From Haliotis rubra (taxonomy: Eukaryota): a stretch of 64,000 nucleotides of DNA. The translations under genes and the position numbers were made by a program. Shown here in pieces: positions 12,842-25,650 of this stretch; position 1 is the first letter of the stretch, and each line of letters begins with the position of its first letter. The notes beneath the pieces are model-generated. The model searched no databases. It had not been told where the DNA came from and saw nothing but the letters and a program-made list of their open reading frames with translations. The DNA lies in the NCBI RefSeq assembly GCF_003918875.1, contig NW_025765438.1, positions 1 to 64,000 of the forward strand, in the 5' to 3' direction.

Positions 12842-15463
12842 CCCTTTCGCTAGTTATTTGTAAGGTGGAGAGAAGGAAATCATTGTCTGGTTTAGAGGAT
12901 CTGAAACAGGCAGGTTTCTTTCTGTCACTTGCAGGGATGGGTGATGCAACTAAGGTTTAACTTGTTGATGATATCCTTGAAAGGCTACGTNNNNNNNNNN
13001 NNNNNNNNNNNNNNNNNNNNNNNNNNNNNNNNNNNNNNNNNNNNNNNNNNNNNNNNNNNNNNNNNNNNNNNNNNNNNNNNNNNNNNNNNNNNNNNNNNNN
13101 NNNNNNNNNNNNNNNNNNNNNNNNNNNNNNNNNNNNNNNNNNNNNNNNNNNNNNNNNNNNNNNNNNNNNNNNNNNNNNNNNNNNNNNNNNNNNNNNNNNN
13201 NNNNNNNNNNNNNNNNNNNNNNNNNNNNNNNNNNNNNNNNNNNNNNNNNNNNNNNNNNNNNNNNNCTTCTGTATTATATTTTGACAACTGAAATCATTTC
13301 AAAGTATCAGCGTCAAAGTGAAAACAAAAAAAACACTGTAATCTGCTTTAACAAAAGTTCTAAACATCTGAATTGCTTATGTTTTGCACGGGATCGATCT
13401 CTAATTGGTAACGACACAATCTGGTTTATATTAAGGAACAAAATAAAATAGAACGAATAAAATCATACTTACAAATAGTATATGTCACGCTGCTGATTTT
13501 CCTTCGGGAGATATGCAACATTCAGGGACCAGGACTTACTGTAGGTGTCGCAGCTAAAGAGTGAATTCTTTGGCTTTTCACAGTACCACGGGAAACCGTC
13601 ATTTAGAGAAGTAAAGTTGCAGATGTCTCTTAGGTGGTTCCGTAACATGCTGCAGCTCGTACTCTCTTTCACCAAGAAGCCCCACCCGAACTCCCGTTTC
13701 AGCTGCCACAACGTTCCATGTTCAGCCATTATGGAATAGAACATCGCTAGTTCCTCCCTACGACGCTCAAGAAAGCAGCGAATCCTTCCCATGCCTGACC
13801 ACTGGACTCTGAGAAAACCCGTGTAGCTGCCGTTGTTGTTGTCGAAGACGTCTCCAGCAACTGCAACTTTGTCCTCTGTGTTTTCCATCCATAATCTAAA
13901 GAAATCGCCGCCAACTGTTTGCTTCTCGCCGTAATGATTATAAGTGTTGATCTCCACTTTTATGACGTCACCGAGTCTATACAGAGGCTGTGGATTTAAT
14001 AACGTCATTGTGGAGCGGTGTGCACTTGTGCACTTCCGGGTATCCCTTTGCTTACCTCCCTTGATCATGTTTGCCTCATTCAGATAGCGAGGAGCACCGC
14101 TTTCCACTCTTCCGCTGTTTGGTTCTACAATTATATGTACCTCAATTATGTCACTGAGGGGTACGTTTCTGCAAACACAATAATGATAAATGAGGTATGA
14201 ATTTTGATCAGTAAGGTTTGAAAAAGAAATCCATTACAGACCCATCCCCTTCAATTATCTTCTATCACTTTACAAATGTTGCTTGGAAACACCTTTTCGT
14301 ACAGATTGCACAATTGTTCATTTTCTGAATGCTCAACTATTCATCATTTGCCTTGCAATACGCCTGGTACATGTCATATTCATTCTTTCACTTACAGTTG
14401 GCTTGGCTCATGTCACGATCAGGTAGATTTTAATTACATGTAGTCATGTACCTATCATTCACCCAACAACTAACCAATCTTCTACCCACTCACCCAACCA
14501 ACCTCCTAGACACCCACCTATGCACCCAACCAATACATCTTCCAGCGAAAAAAAACAAACCAACAAACAAACAACCGAAATTGTCCCCAAACAACCAACC
14601 AACCAATCGATCAATTAATCGACCTGTCTATCAAATGTCCCATCAATGAATTTATGAAATCAACCACATCAAATTCACCAGTTAAAATCAAATCTAGAAA
14701 ACTTGACCAATTTAACCAAGTACGCAAGTTATTTATTAATAATCACATGCAACAAACCAAATAAGTATGACTTGACAAAAACCAGTAAAGCAAGTGCAAC
14801 ATTCAAATCATTAAATTAATCTTGTGTTGTTTGAACACGGGAAGGTAATATAGAGCACAGTTTACGTCCCCTGGGCAGGGGAATATTTAATCAAACTCAG
14901 CTGTAACAAGGTCAAAGATAAAACGGGAGTCCTTTAAAAATAACTGACTGTACCGCCAACAGGAGCCAACATATTACCCTGAAATGCGAACACTGTGTTC
15001 AAGCCTATATGTGTTTAGCATTAACTGTTGATCCAAGTCCGTTTCGTATTTTTAAATGAAGTGAAATGTAGTGTTATCATTGTTCATCTGTTTCTACATG
15101 ATCAATGACACTGTTTCAATAAATGATTTAGTAAATAATATAATATCGTACCTGTTTGCATCCACACAAAAAATATGATTATTTATGGAACATTAAAATT
15201 GATAATCCACTTTTTGTCCACTTATATGGGGAGAGAAGTGGATTTAGCATTTCACCATTTGAATTATTGGTTATTTTTGGTGTACATGGTTGAAATTGGT
15301 CTCGTCACTTTGGCTAAAATAATACATATATTTTCCATGTTTGTGTATATAGTAATTACCTGAATTTGTCCTCAAGTCTCTGCTTGTTCTTCCATATATA
15401 TACCACAATAACAGTCACGGTCAATATGCATAGGGTAAGAAAACATGATCTAGTCCGACTCAT
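12842..15463 (-). CDS. NXPE family protein, copy A; exons 15463-15360, 14168-13473, ~12900-12842; final esterase exon not in window
   Basis: Exon 1 is a signal anchor (MSRTRSCFLTLCILTVTVIVVYIWK); exon 2 carries GGDFFRL..D.NNGSY..W.G (neurexophilin domain); GT-AG junction phases match (2,2,1). Confidence 0.85.
12991..13265. other. Assembly gap (N run)
   Basis: N bases. Confidence 1.
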
Positions 15464-15998
15464 TTGTGAAGTTGGGTTGTACCCGATGTTCACCACTGAC
15501 ACGTTGGCTGTGACTATAAGGTCTGGTCTCTGCTTTTGAAATCCGAGCTGTATTGGATTTCAGGCTTTAATGGACATGTGTCTAAGGCATGCATGTCACG
15601 CTTTATAGGGTTAGGCCAACATGGCAACCAACATGGCAAGTAGGAATTTCTGTGGAAGACGGGACGGGGGAGCAAATGTGGAAATACAATCGGGGTAGGG
15701 CTGAGATAAGAGCCAAGGTTAGGATAGCGTGAGTTGGGATCATTAAGTGTAGAGGGGTGAGAAACATGCGTTCGGTCGGGAGTTCATGGCAGCCGGGATC
15801 GTGATTGGGGGTCGCAGGGGTAGGGGGTTGAATTCAGCAGTAATTTAGTTGTTGATTTTGGTATTCATCTCACAGTCCGTCTCCAAAGCGAAAGCCTAAA
15901 TGGATCAGGATAGATTTACCCCAGGTTCTAAATCACGCGTCACACTGGGGCTCCTTTTCAAATTAATTGGAATCATTGGTCCCTGTGAAAACTATATA

Positions 15999-17527
15999 TG
16001 CACCTCGTCAAAAGTATTGCACCACCCATTTGAAAGTCAAAGTAGAACTATCATTTTCGTTTTTTTATAGTACACCTAGATATGTAATATACAACACCAT
16101 CTGTGACCATAACATCACAAACAGACCCTGTTCCGAACTGCAAGTGCATGCATGCCTTAAGCATGCATGTTCCGGGGTCGGTTTGCTGTAAATGCAGTAT
16201 GCACATATCCTCTTTTGGCGTATGTTATGTTGGCAGACACAGCTAAAATTTGATTTTAGGCATAAATTAAGCTTTATTGTGACCAACTAGTGAAAAGCCC
16301 AAGCAAGGATGGCAAATTATTGGTATGCACCAAACTAGTATGTCATTTCGTGCTATTGGAGCACAACGGAACATTAATCACACTGTCATCAGGAGGTTGA
16401 TGCGTAAGCATGATGCTACCGGTGAAGTGAGGATGCACCGAGGTCTGGACGTCCCAGAAAAACCTAGGACAGGGAAGATCGTGCTTTACCTGTACACAGC
16501 TGCGACATGGATGGCATCCACACAACAGAGTGTCCATCAGCACCATCAGACGACGCCTAAATTCTGCAGGATTGAGAGCAAAACGACCAATCAGAAGTCC
16601 ACTCCTCAGAAAGTTGCACCGCTATGCCCGTTTAGCCTGCTGCCAAGCACGTGCTCGCTGGAACATGAGAACATGGAGAAGGATCCACTGGTCCGATGAG
16701 AGCCGTTTTTTTATCATTTCTGTATCATACAGACGGGAGGGCACGAGTTTGGAGGCACAGAGGCACAGCATATGATCAGAGGACGATTCAAGCTTAAGTT
16801 CCATTTGGGGGTGGATCCGTCATGGTGTGGGGAAGTTGTTCCTATGATTGTAAACTTGACCTCATCACAGTTCCCGGGGCATTGAATGGACAGAGGTAGC
16901 AGAACTTGATCCTGGACGGTGCTGTTGTGCCTCATTTCTATAGCCATGCTCTCGCTACACGTCAAGTCTTCGTGGACGATACTGCCAGACCACATCGTGC
17001 TCGAGCTGTTGTTCAGCATCTCCAACACAACGCCAGACACTACCATGGCCAGCCAGAAGTCCAGACATGAATCCTATTGAGCATTTGTGGGACATTTTGG
17101 GACGTAGGGTGAGAGCAAGGGAACCTCCAGTTCAGAACCGTCAGGAATTGACCCATGTATTGCATAATGAATGGCAGAGACCAATCAGACGTCTGGTGGC
17201 CAGCATGCGACGGCATGTAGAAAATGTATCAGGCGACACCGTTAGCCAGTCATTGTGGACCTTACCATGTTCAACATTAATGAAATGTTAACTGTGTTGT
17301 GTGTCTGTTGTAATGACCCGGGCAGTCATACTTATTGCACCGTATTTTACGGTGACTTTAGTGAACTTTGGTTTGCTACGATTAAACCTTCAATTCGGTC
17401 TTGTGTTGTTCACATGATGCCATCTAAACAGTTTAATGTGCTTTTGTAAGCACCATTTTTATGAGGTTGTAAATCCAGTTTTACTAAGTGAAAAAAGCTG
17501 TTGGTGAGATATTTATGACGAGGTACA
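15999..17527 (+). mobile_element. Tc1/mariner (DD34E-type) transposon, near full length, frameshifted
   Basis: Imperfect TIRs (tgcacctcgtcaaaagtattgcacc / ggtgagatatttatgacgaggtaca) in TA-rich flanks; WSDESRF, DDTARPHRAR, WPARSPDMNPIEHLWD. Confidence 0.92.
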
Positions 17528-19986
17528 TATATATATGTTCAGAGACTACCATTAGTTTAATACTGGGGTCACTGTCGGCGTATGATTAGTCTCAGAGGGT
17601 TGATGCTCGTGCCAGGGGTAGTCTGAGGTTCTGGAGCCAACTGGTTTAGTGGTAGGTGCTATTATGGGATTAAAGAGATCGGGGTAGGGGCTAAATGTGT
17701 GGTAAGGATATGTAGGCAGAACTCAGTGTGAACGAGTGTGTGCAATAGATGAAAACTCCTCATGGATATCTGTAGTCAAAAGACACAGGCTCTTGAGCTG
17801 GACTCTGTAATATGCAAGGTCCTCGAACCGTTTTGTGTCTGACAGATATTTTGTCTCTTTAATGCTGATTTTGATATTTAATAAAGAACCATAACTGGGC
17901 ACTCGCTTCAGTCGACTGATTAGAGTACTGAACTATTTGAGTAGAGTTGAAAACAGATATAACACGTGACTAGAATACATTCCCCCTATATCTCCTATCA
18001 CTGAAAGTCATCATACTGTAACATATTTGAGCAATCATTTGAAAAGAAATCATTATGAAAGGACATTACAACAACGAATACGTCGCTTTTCCGGTATATG
18101 GGCATTTGACGGAAATGAATTACAATTGGTTAATTGATGAGTGTCCAACAAGTGTCAGAAAAGGGTAAAAATGTTCAAACGTACAATGGGCGGAAAAGAG
18201 ATGCTCTTTTTCAACAAAACCAATTGGAGAAAGTCGTGGACGGTTAACACGGGGTCGTTGGAATGTTCACAGACCAGGGATTTGAACTGAGGGCAAATCG
18301 TGGATTGGAACAATTGATGAGCACACCTAGGGGAGACGGATCAGCTGACGAATTAAGGCAATGGCATCGGCTGGTTAAGTCGTATTCCCCACCCGTCTAT
18401 GACAGAGAAGAGACATCATATAGTGAACCATAGTTCTAACCGTTGATGTATCTGGATGAATGTGGTTTGGCCCAAGGCCACCGTCATATCCCAGTAGTCT
18501 ATATACACCACTCTGTGTGCAATAGATGAAAACTCCTCATGCAATATATCTGTATATAGCAGTCCCCAATAGGCCACAAGCTCTTGAGCCGGATTCCTGT
18601 AATAAGCAAAGGGTCCTCGAACAGCAAGTGTGACACCAGGTGCCCGTTTAAGGAGAGACGTAGCTGCCCGAACAAGTCGCTGAACATGTTGGCGGTATAT
18701 GTCCGGGTGGACTAAATTGAAGTGGACATATAAATACAGCACCACAATGTCCACTGTGTTATTGGGCAAAGATTCAAGAAGAATATGCTGTGCTCGGTTA
18801 GTTAATGGAGAGTAACGTTCCTGTCCATGAAAGAGTGGGAATTCATGAGCAAACAAAGCCACGGAAAAATTGTCTTGCTTGTCCTCCAAGAGCTGAGTAT
18901 TTCGATTTTGTAAGTTGAGTGTGACGTGAAGGGCCTCCTTGAATTGACGACTGGTTGAATCCCCGGGGATCCATAGTCGTCGGTTCCTTAAACACTGTCG
19001 ATATGCCCGGGCTGTAGATTCTAGGGTGTCCAAACACAGCGTGGGTTTCCACTTAGTTATGTAAATAACTCCAACAGGATACTTGCGTTGCCAGGTATAC
19101 TTCGGCGAAAGTTGACTGCAGGGCGTTTTAGGCGTGTCCACCTTTTTATTCCCAGTTTCTGAAAGATGCAAAAAATAGGTAATTCAAATGCCAGATTGTT
19201 TTTGGGTGTTTTGTCTTTTTTTCTGTTCAACACCAAACGCATTCATCAATATCCCCTAATGGGTAAATGTGTGAAGTCCATTTCTGGTGTCTCCTGCCGT
19301 GATATTGCTGGAATATTGCTAAAAGCGGCTTGAAACCATACTCGCTCTCGCTTCAATATCCTGTTCCCATAGTGACAGTACCACCAAAAGTTATATGTAA
19401 GTTTTGGTGTTAAACTTCTTTTAAGTAGAGCCCGTGAAGATCCGGGTGAGAATTGGTCTTCAGCAGCCAATGACTGTCGCCCCGTGAGGGCCAGGTTCGA
19501 TATGGTCTTCAAAAACCCGTGCTTGTAAGAGGCGACTAAATGGATCATGTGGTCAGGCTCACAGAGGTGATTAAAACATGTATCCCAATTGCGTAGTTCG
19601 ATGGTCCAGATGTTGATCACTTGATTGTGTAGTCCAGATTCGATCGTATACAGAACGCCGCAATACAGGTTGAATATTGCTGAGTGTGGTGTTAAAAAAC
19701 AACAACCTATTAATCCTATAATGGGAATATTGCATAGTTTGAGATTTGATATATATTTGACACATACTTACCCATTTCGCTCGTTATTTGTAAGGTGGGC
19801 AGAAGGAAGTCATTGTCTGGTTAAGATGATCTGAAACAGGCGGTTTCTTTCTGTTACTTGCAGGGTTGGGTGGTGCAACTGAGGTTCAACTTGTTGATGA
19901 TATCCTTGAAAGGCTACGTTATACGTACATGGTGCAGGAATATATTTTAAGTTTTCTCGTTGATGAATCCACTAGCACAGATACGG

Positions 19987-20214
19987 NNNNNNNNNNNNNN
20001 NNNNNNNNNNNNNNNNNNNNNNNNNNNNNNNNNNNNNNNNNNNNNNNNNNNNNNNNNNNNNNNNNNNNNNNNNNNNNNNNNNNNNNNNNNNNNNNNNNNN
20101 NNNNNNNNNNNNNNNNNNNNNNNNNNNNNNNNNNNNNNNNNNNNNNNNNNNNNNNNNNNNNNNNNNNNNNNNNNNNNNNNNNNNNNNNNNNNNNNNNNNN
20201 NNNNNNNNNNNNNN
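19987..20214. other. Assembly gap (N run)
   Basis: N bases. Confidence 1.
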
Positions 20215-20460
20215 ATGCCTGCCTGTATGCCTGCCTGTATGCCTGTCTGTATGCCTGTCTGTATGCCTGTCTGTATGCCTGTATGTATGCCTGTATGTCT
20301 GTCTGTATGTCTGTCTGTATGTCTGTCTGTATGTCTGTCTGTCTGTCTGTCTGTATGTCTGTCTGTATGTCTGTATGTCTGTATGTCTGTATGTCTGTGC
20401 GTGCGTGTGTGCGCGTGTGTGTATGTATGTATGTATGCATGTGTGTCTGTCTGTGAGTGT
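20215..20460. repeat. Compound microsatellite (TGCC/TGTC/TATG)n
   Basis: Direct inspection. Confidence 0.95.
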
Positions 20461-21591
20461 GAGACATATGTTTTTTATTTGGACCTTCCATTTTATTGTG
20501 ACAACTGAAATCATTTCAAAGTATCAGCGTCAAAGTGAAAACAAAAAAACGCTGTAATCTGCTTTAACAAAAGTTCTAGACATCTAAATTGCTTACATTT
20601 TGCACGGAAACGTTCTTTAATTGGTAACGACACAATCTGGTTCATATTTAGGAACAAAATACTATAAAACGAATAATATCATACTTACAAATAGTATATG
20701 TCACGTTGCTGTGTTTCCTTCGGGAGATATGCTACATTCAGGGACCAGGACTTACTGTAGGTGTCGCAGCTAAAGAGTGAATTTTTCGGCTTTTCACAGT
20801 ACCACGGGAAACCGTCATTTAGAGAAGTAAAGTTGCAGATGTCTCCTAGGCTGTTCCGTAACATGCTGCAGCTCGTACTCTCTTTCACCAAGAAGCCCCA
20901 TACGAACTCTCGTTTCAGATGCCACAGCGTTCCATGATCAGCCATGGTGGAATAGAACATCGCTAGTTCCTCCCTACGACGCTCGAGAAAGCAGCGGATC
21001 CTTCCCATGCCTGACCACTGGACTCTGAGAAACCCGGTGTAGCTGCCGTTGTTGTTGTCGAAGACGTCTCCAGCAACTGCAACTTTGTCCTCTGTGTTTT
21101 CCATCCATAATCTAAAGAAATCGCCGCCAACTGTTTGCTTCTCTCCGTAATGATTGTAAGTGTTGATCTCCACTGTTATGACGTCACCGAGTCTATACAG
21201 AGGCTGTGGATTTAATAACGTCATTGTGGAGCAGTGTGCACTTGTGCACTTCCGGGTATCTCTTTGCTTACCTCCCTTGATCATGTTTGCCTCATTCAGA
21301 TAGCGAGGAGCGTCGCTAACTACTCTTCCGCTATTTGGTTCTACAACTATATGCGCCTCAATGGTGTCACTAAGAGGTACGTTTCTGCAAACACGAAAAT
21401 AAGGTTTGAAAAAATTCATGACAGACCCATCCCCTCCAATTATATTCTATTACTTTACAAATATTGTTTGGAAACACCTTTTTGAACAGGTTTCTGAATT
21501 GTTCATTTTCTCAAGGCTCAACTATTCATCAATTGCCTTGTAATGGGTATAGCATATGTCACGATCAGGTAGATTTTAATTGCATTTGATT

Positions 21592-22340
21592 TAACCATCT
21601 TCCACCCACCCAACCAACCCATCTCCACCCTCCCAACCAACCCATCTTCCATCCACCCAACCAACCCATCTCCACCGTCCCAACCGACCCATCTTCCACC
21701 TATCCAACAACCGTTCTTCCACCCTCCCAACCAGCCCAACTCTACCCTCCCAACCGACCAATCTTCCACCCACCCAACCCACCTATCTCCACACTCCCAA
21801 CCAACCCATCTTCCAACTACCCAACCAACCCATCTCCACCCTTCCAACCAACCCATCTCTACCTTCCGAACCGACCAATCTTCCACCCACCCAACCAACC
21901 CATCTCTACCCTCCCAACCAACCCATCTTCCAACTACCCAACCAACCCATCTCCAACCTCCCAACCGACCAATCTTCCTTCAACCCAAACAACCCATCTC
22001 TACCCTCCCAACCGACCAATCTTCCACCCTCCCAACCAACCCATCTCTACTCTCCCAACCGACCAATCATCCACCCACCCAACCAACCCATCTCCACCCT
22101 CCCAACCAACCCATCTTCTAACTACCCAACCAATCCATCTCCACCCTCCCAAACAACCCATCTCTACGCTCCCAACCGACTAATCTTCCACCCACCCAAC
22201 CAACCCATCTCCACCCTCCCAACCAACCGATCTTCCAACTACCCAACCAACCAATCTCTACCCTCCCAACCGACCGATCTTCCACCCATTACCCAACCAA
22301 CCCATCTTCCACCAACCCAACCAACCCATCTTCCAACCAA
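21592..22340. repeat. C/A-rich minisatellite (ccaaccaacccatct(t)ccaccctc, ~25 bp)
   Basis: About 30 degenerate units; much shorter in paralog A (14460-14600). Confidence 0.9.
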
Positions 22341-22656
22341 CAAAACAAAACAACCGAATTGGCCCCAATCAAGCAGCCAACCAATCGATCAATTAATCGA
22401 TCTGTGGATCAAATGTCCGATTGAAATCAACCACAATGCCATCAAATTAGCCACTTATCAAAGCCATAAAACCTAACCAATTTAACCAAGTAAGCAAGTT
22501 GATATATTAACATTCATATGCAACAAACCAAATAATAATGAATTAACAAAAACTAATAAAGCAAGTACAATATTCTAATCAATATGTCAGTCCTGTATTA
22601 TTTCAACACGGCAAAGTAATATAGAGCACAGTTTACGCCCCCTAGGCAGGGAAATA

Positions 22657-22786
22657 TACTGGACAAAATAAGTTAGGGATATTGGTATTTTTATGACTGA
22701 TATTTTATCAGTGTGTCAATGAATAAGTAGATCATTATTCATAATTTCAAAATTTACATATATCCCAAACTATTTTTGTCTAGTAC
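22657..22786. mobile_element. ~130-bp Tc1/mariner-type MITE
   Basis: TIRs tactggacaaaataagttagggata / tatcccaaactatttttgtctagta; TA context; absent from paralog A at ~14880. Confidence 0.75.
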
Positions 22787-22846
22787 ATATGATCAAGTTC
22801 TGGTGTACCTGGTTGAAAGATGAAACTACAGTCCGTTACAAATTAC

Positions 22847-24887
22847 TACGGAAGCGTAGTAGGGCCACGGTGAAAACATTTTTTGGGGTCACTATCTCCT
22901 ACGTAGGACTTAATATCTCCTACGTAGGACTTAGTATCTCCTACGTAGGACTTAGTATCTCCTACGTAGGACTTAGTATCTCCTACGTTGGACTTAGTAT
23001 TTCCTACGTAGGACCCACCCACCAATCTCCTACGTAGGACATACTATCTCCTACGTAGGAGTTAGTATCTCCTACGTAGGACTTAGTATCTCCTACGTTG
23101 GACTTATTATCTCCTAAGTAGGACTTATTATCTCCTACGTAGGATTTACTATCTCCTACGTAGGACTTAGTATCTCCTACGTAGGACTTAGTATCTCCTA
23201 CGTAGGACTTAATATATCCTTTTTAAGGATGGTTACTAAGTTGAGAAATGTTTGGCTATGCAGGACGTGAGATAGTCGAAATGTGAGTCAGTGAATATGC
23301 ATGACACTAACGCAGTGTTACTGTACAGTGTTATTGTGTGTGTATTACGTTAGGGTGATGTGGACCCTGTTCTAATTGCAGTTATGGAGGTTTGGGTATG
23401 GTTATGGTTAATCTATCATACATACATCTATTCACACACAAACACACACACATACACAGAGAGAGAGAGAGAGAGAGAGGAGGGTGGGATGGTTGGAGTG
23501 AGGTTGTGATATGAAACTCGGGTTATAACACGACCTCCGCAAGTTGTTGCTTGTCTTGATGGGGCTAAGTTGGATCGGATGCAACGCTCGTTTGCGGTTT
23601 TATTCGTAATTGTTTGCAGGTTGACTTGACTGGGGTGGACAAGTGTTGAGTGCGGCGTCAAACAATACGAAATTCAAAAAGGCAAAGAATTGTCATTATA
23701 GTTATTTGTATAAATATAAGGGGATACGTACACATAGATTGCCACCGATAGTCTAAGACACGTCCGTACACGCAGATTATGATTCATGTGCAACGACCTC
23801 TGAAATATCCAATGCATAATAGTAAAGTGTAACATATAACAGTGAACTAACTGCAACGCGTAATAGTAGAGCAAACTGAACGCAAGGCAGTAAAGTATAA
23901 CAGTCGGTCCAACACAGTACTAATGTGCAACAGTTAGTTGAACACATGACTCTAATAGTGAAGGAAACAGTAGACTCTAATAGTAAATGAAACACATGAT
24001 AGTAGACTCTAACAGTAAATGAAACACATAACTGTAGACTCTAATAGTGAATGAAACGAATGACTGTAGACTCTTACAGTGACTGAAACAGTGGAACAGG
24101 AGATTGTGTGCGTGTCTGGGGCTTTAAGTCGACCGTTTCAGATTAATCCATAAAACGTATATCGATCATCTCATACAGGAAATATTAAGTACTACGTAGG
24201 AGATACTATGTCCTACGTAGGAGATAGTAAGTCCTACGTAGGAGATAGTAAGTCCTACGTAGGAGATACTAAGTCCTACGTAGGAGATATTAAGTCCTAC
24301 GTAGGAGATATTAAGTCCTACGTAGGAGATAGTAAGTCCTACGTAGGAGATGCTAAGTCCTACGTAGGAGATATTAAGTCCTACGTAGGAGATACTAAGT
24401 CCTACGTAGGAGATGCCCACCTAGGATATACTAACTCCTACGTAGGAGATACTAAGTCCTACGTAGGAGATATTAACTCCTACGTAGGAGATACTAAGTC
24501 CTACGTAGGAGATATTAAGTCCTACGTAGGAGATAGTAAGTCCTACGTAGGAGATAGTAAGTCCTACGTAGGAGATAGTAAGTCCTACGTAGGAGATAGT
24601 AAGTCCTACGTAGGAGATACTAAGTCCTACGTAGGAGATATTAAGTCCTACGTAGGAGATACTAAGTCCTACGTAGGAGATACTAAGTCCTACGTAGGAG
24701 ATACTAAGTCCTACGTAGGAGATGCTAAGTCCTACGTAGGAGATACTAAGTCCTACGTAGGAGATGCCCACCTAGGATATACTAACTCCTACGTAGGAGA
24801 TACTAAGTCCTACGTAGGAGATATTAAGTCCTACGTAGGAGATAGTAACCAAAAACATTTTCACCGTGGCCCTACTACGCTTCCGTA
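22847..24887. mobile_element. Non-autonomous foldback DNA transposon (IS3EU-type termini) with inverted subterminal 21-bp arrays
   Basis: 30-bp TIR tacggaagcgtagtagggccacggtgaaaa at both ends; 6-bp TSD aattac (22841-22846, 24888-24893); absent in paralog A. Confidence 0.88.
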
Positions 24888-25399
24888 AATTACTGACTGT
24901 ACCGCTAACAGGAGCCAATTTACCACAAGAAATGCGACGACTGTGTTCAAGTGTATATTTTTGTAGCATTCGCTGTTGATCAAAGTCCGTTTCGGTTTTT
25001 TAAATGAAGTGAAATTTAGTGTAAACACTGTTCATGTGTTTCTACATGTTCAATTACACTGTTTCAATAGAAGAATTGGTAAATAATATTATATCGTACC
25101 TGTTTGTGTCTACAAAAAAGATATGATTATTCATTTTAATTAATAATCCACTTTTTTGTCCACTAATATGGGGAAAGTAGTGGATTTGGCCTTTCCTCAT
25201 TTGAAGTATTGGTTATTTTGGTGTAAAAGGCAAATATTATGTATGACAACTTCTTCTTTATTGCATGGCACAACGTTTCTGGGCTATTCCTTGCCCCTTC
25301 GCCAGGGCATGCCCATTATCTGTACATCTTACTCTATCATCTCCCGTTTCTTATCCAATTTATTGTATATACATGCAACACTGGTTTCTTGTACATTTT

Positions 25400-25570
25400 G
25401 GGCGGTGGGGTAGCCTAGTGGTTAAAGCGTTGACTCGTCACGCCGAAGACCCAGGTTCGAATCCCCAGATGGGTACTATGTGTGAAGCCCATTTCTGGTG
25501 TCCCCGCCGTGATGTTGCTGGAATATTGCTAAAAGCGCGGCGTAAAACCAAACTCAGTCAGTCAGTCAGT
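25400..25570 (+). mobile_element. tRNA-derived SINE (family A)
   Basis: A box tagcctagtgg, B box ggttcgaatccc, tail gctggaatattgct..gcggcgtaaaaccaaac(tcag)n. Confidence 0.9.
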
Positions 25571-25604
25571 CTTGTACATTTAGTATATATACTCATTGAT
25601 ATAT

Positions 25605-25650
25605 CTTGACCTGACGAAGGGGCAAGGAATAGCCCAGAAACGTTGTGACA
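25605..25650 (+). ncRNA. Minimal type I hammerhead ribozyme motif
   Basis: CTGACGA-A-GGGGC-aaggaata-GCCC-A-GAAA-CGTT; palindromic AACGTT stem III. Confidence 0.65.

Noticed and set aside
19866-20557. ORFs spanning the N gap and microsatellite
   Set aside because: Artefacts of Ns and simple repeats
21518-21964. Gly/Trp-rich ORF
   Set aside because: Antisense reading of the CCAA minisatellite in an intron
24166-24969. Repetitive ORFs (SYVGDTK / ISYVGLS)n and a CRISPR-like look
   Set aside because: These are translations of a 21-bp tandem array with no unique spacers and no cas genes; the array lies within transposon TIRs
25096-25115. 10-nt microexon (tgtag-acacaaacag-gtacga on the - strand) in NXPE intron 1
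   Set aside because: Exons 1 and 2 already join in phase 2; inclusion would shift the frame, and the acceptor is absent in copy A
25400-25475. tRNA gene
   Set aside because: It is the head of a multicopy SINE with body, tail and TSDs
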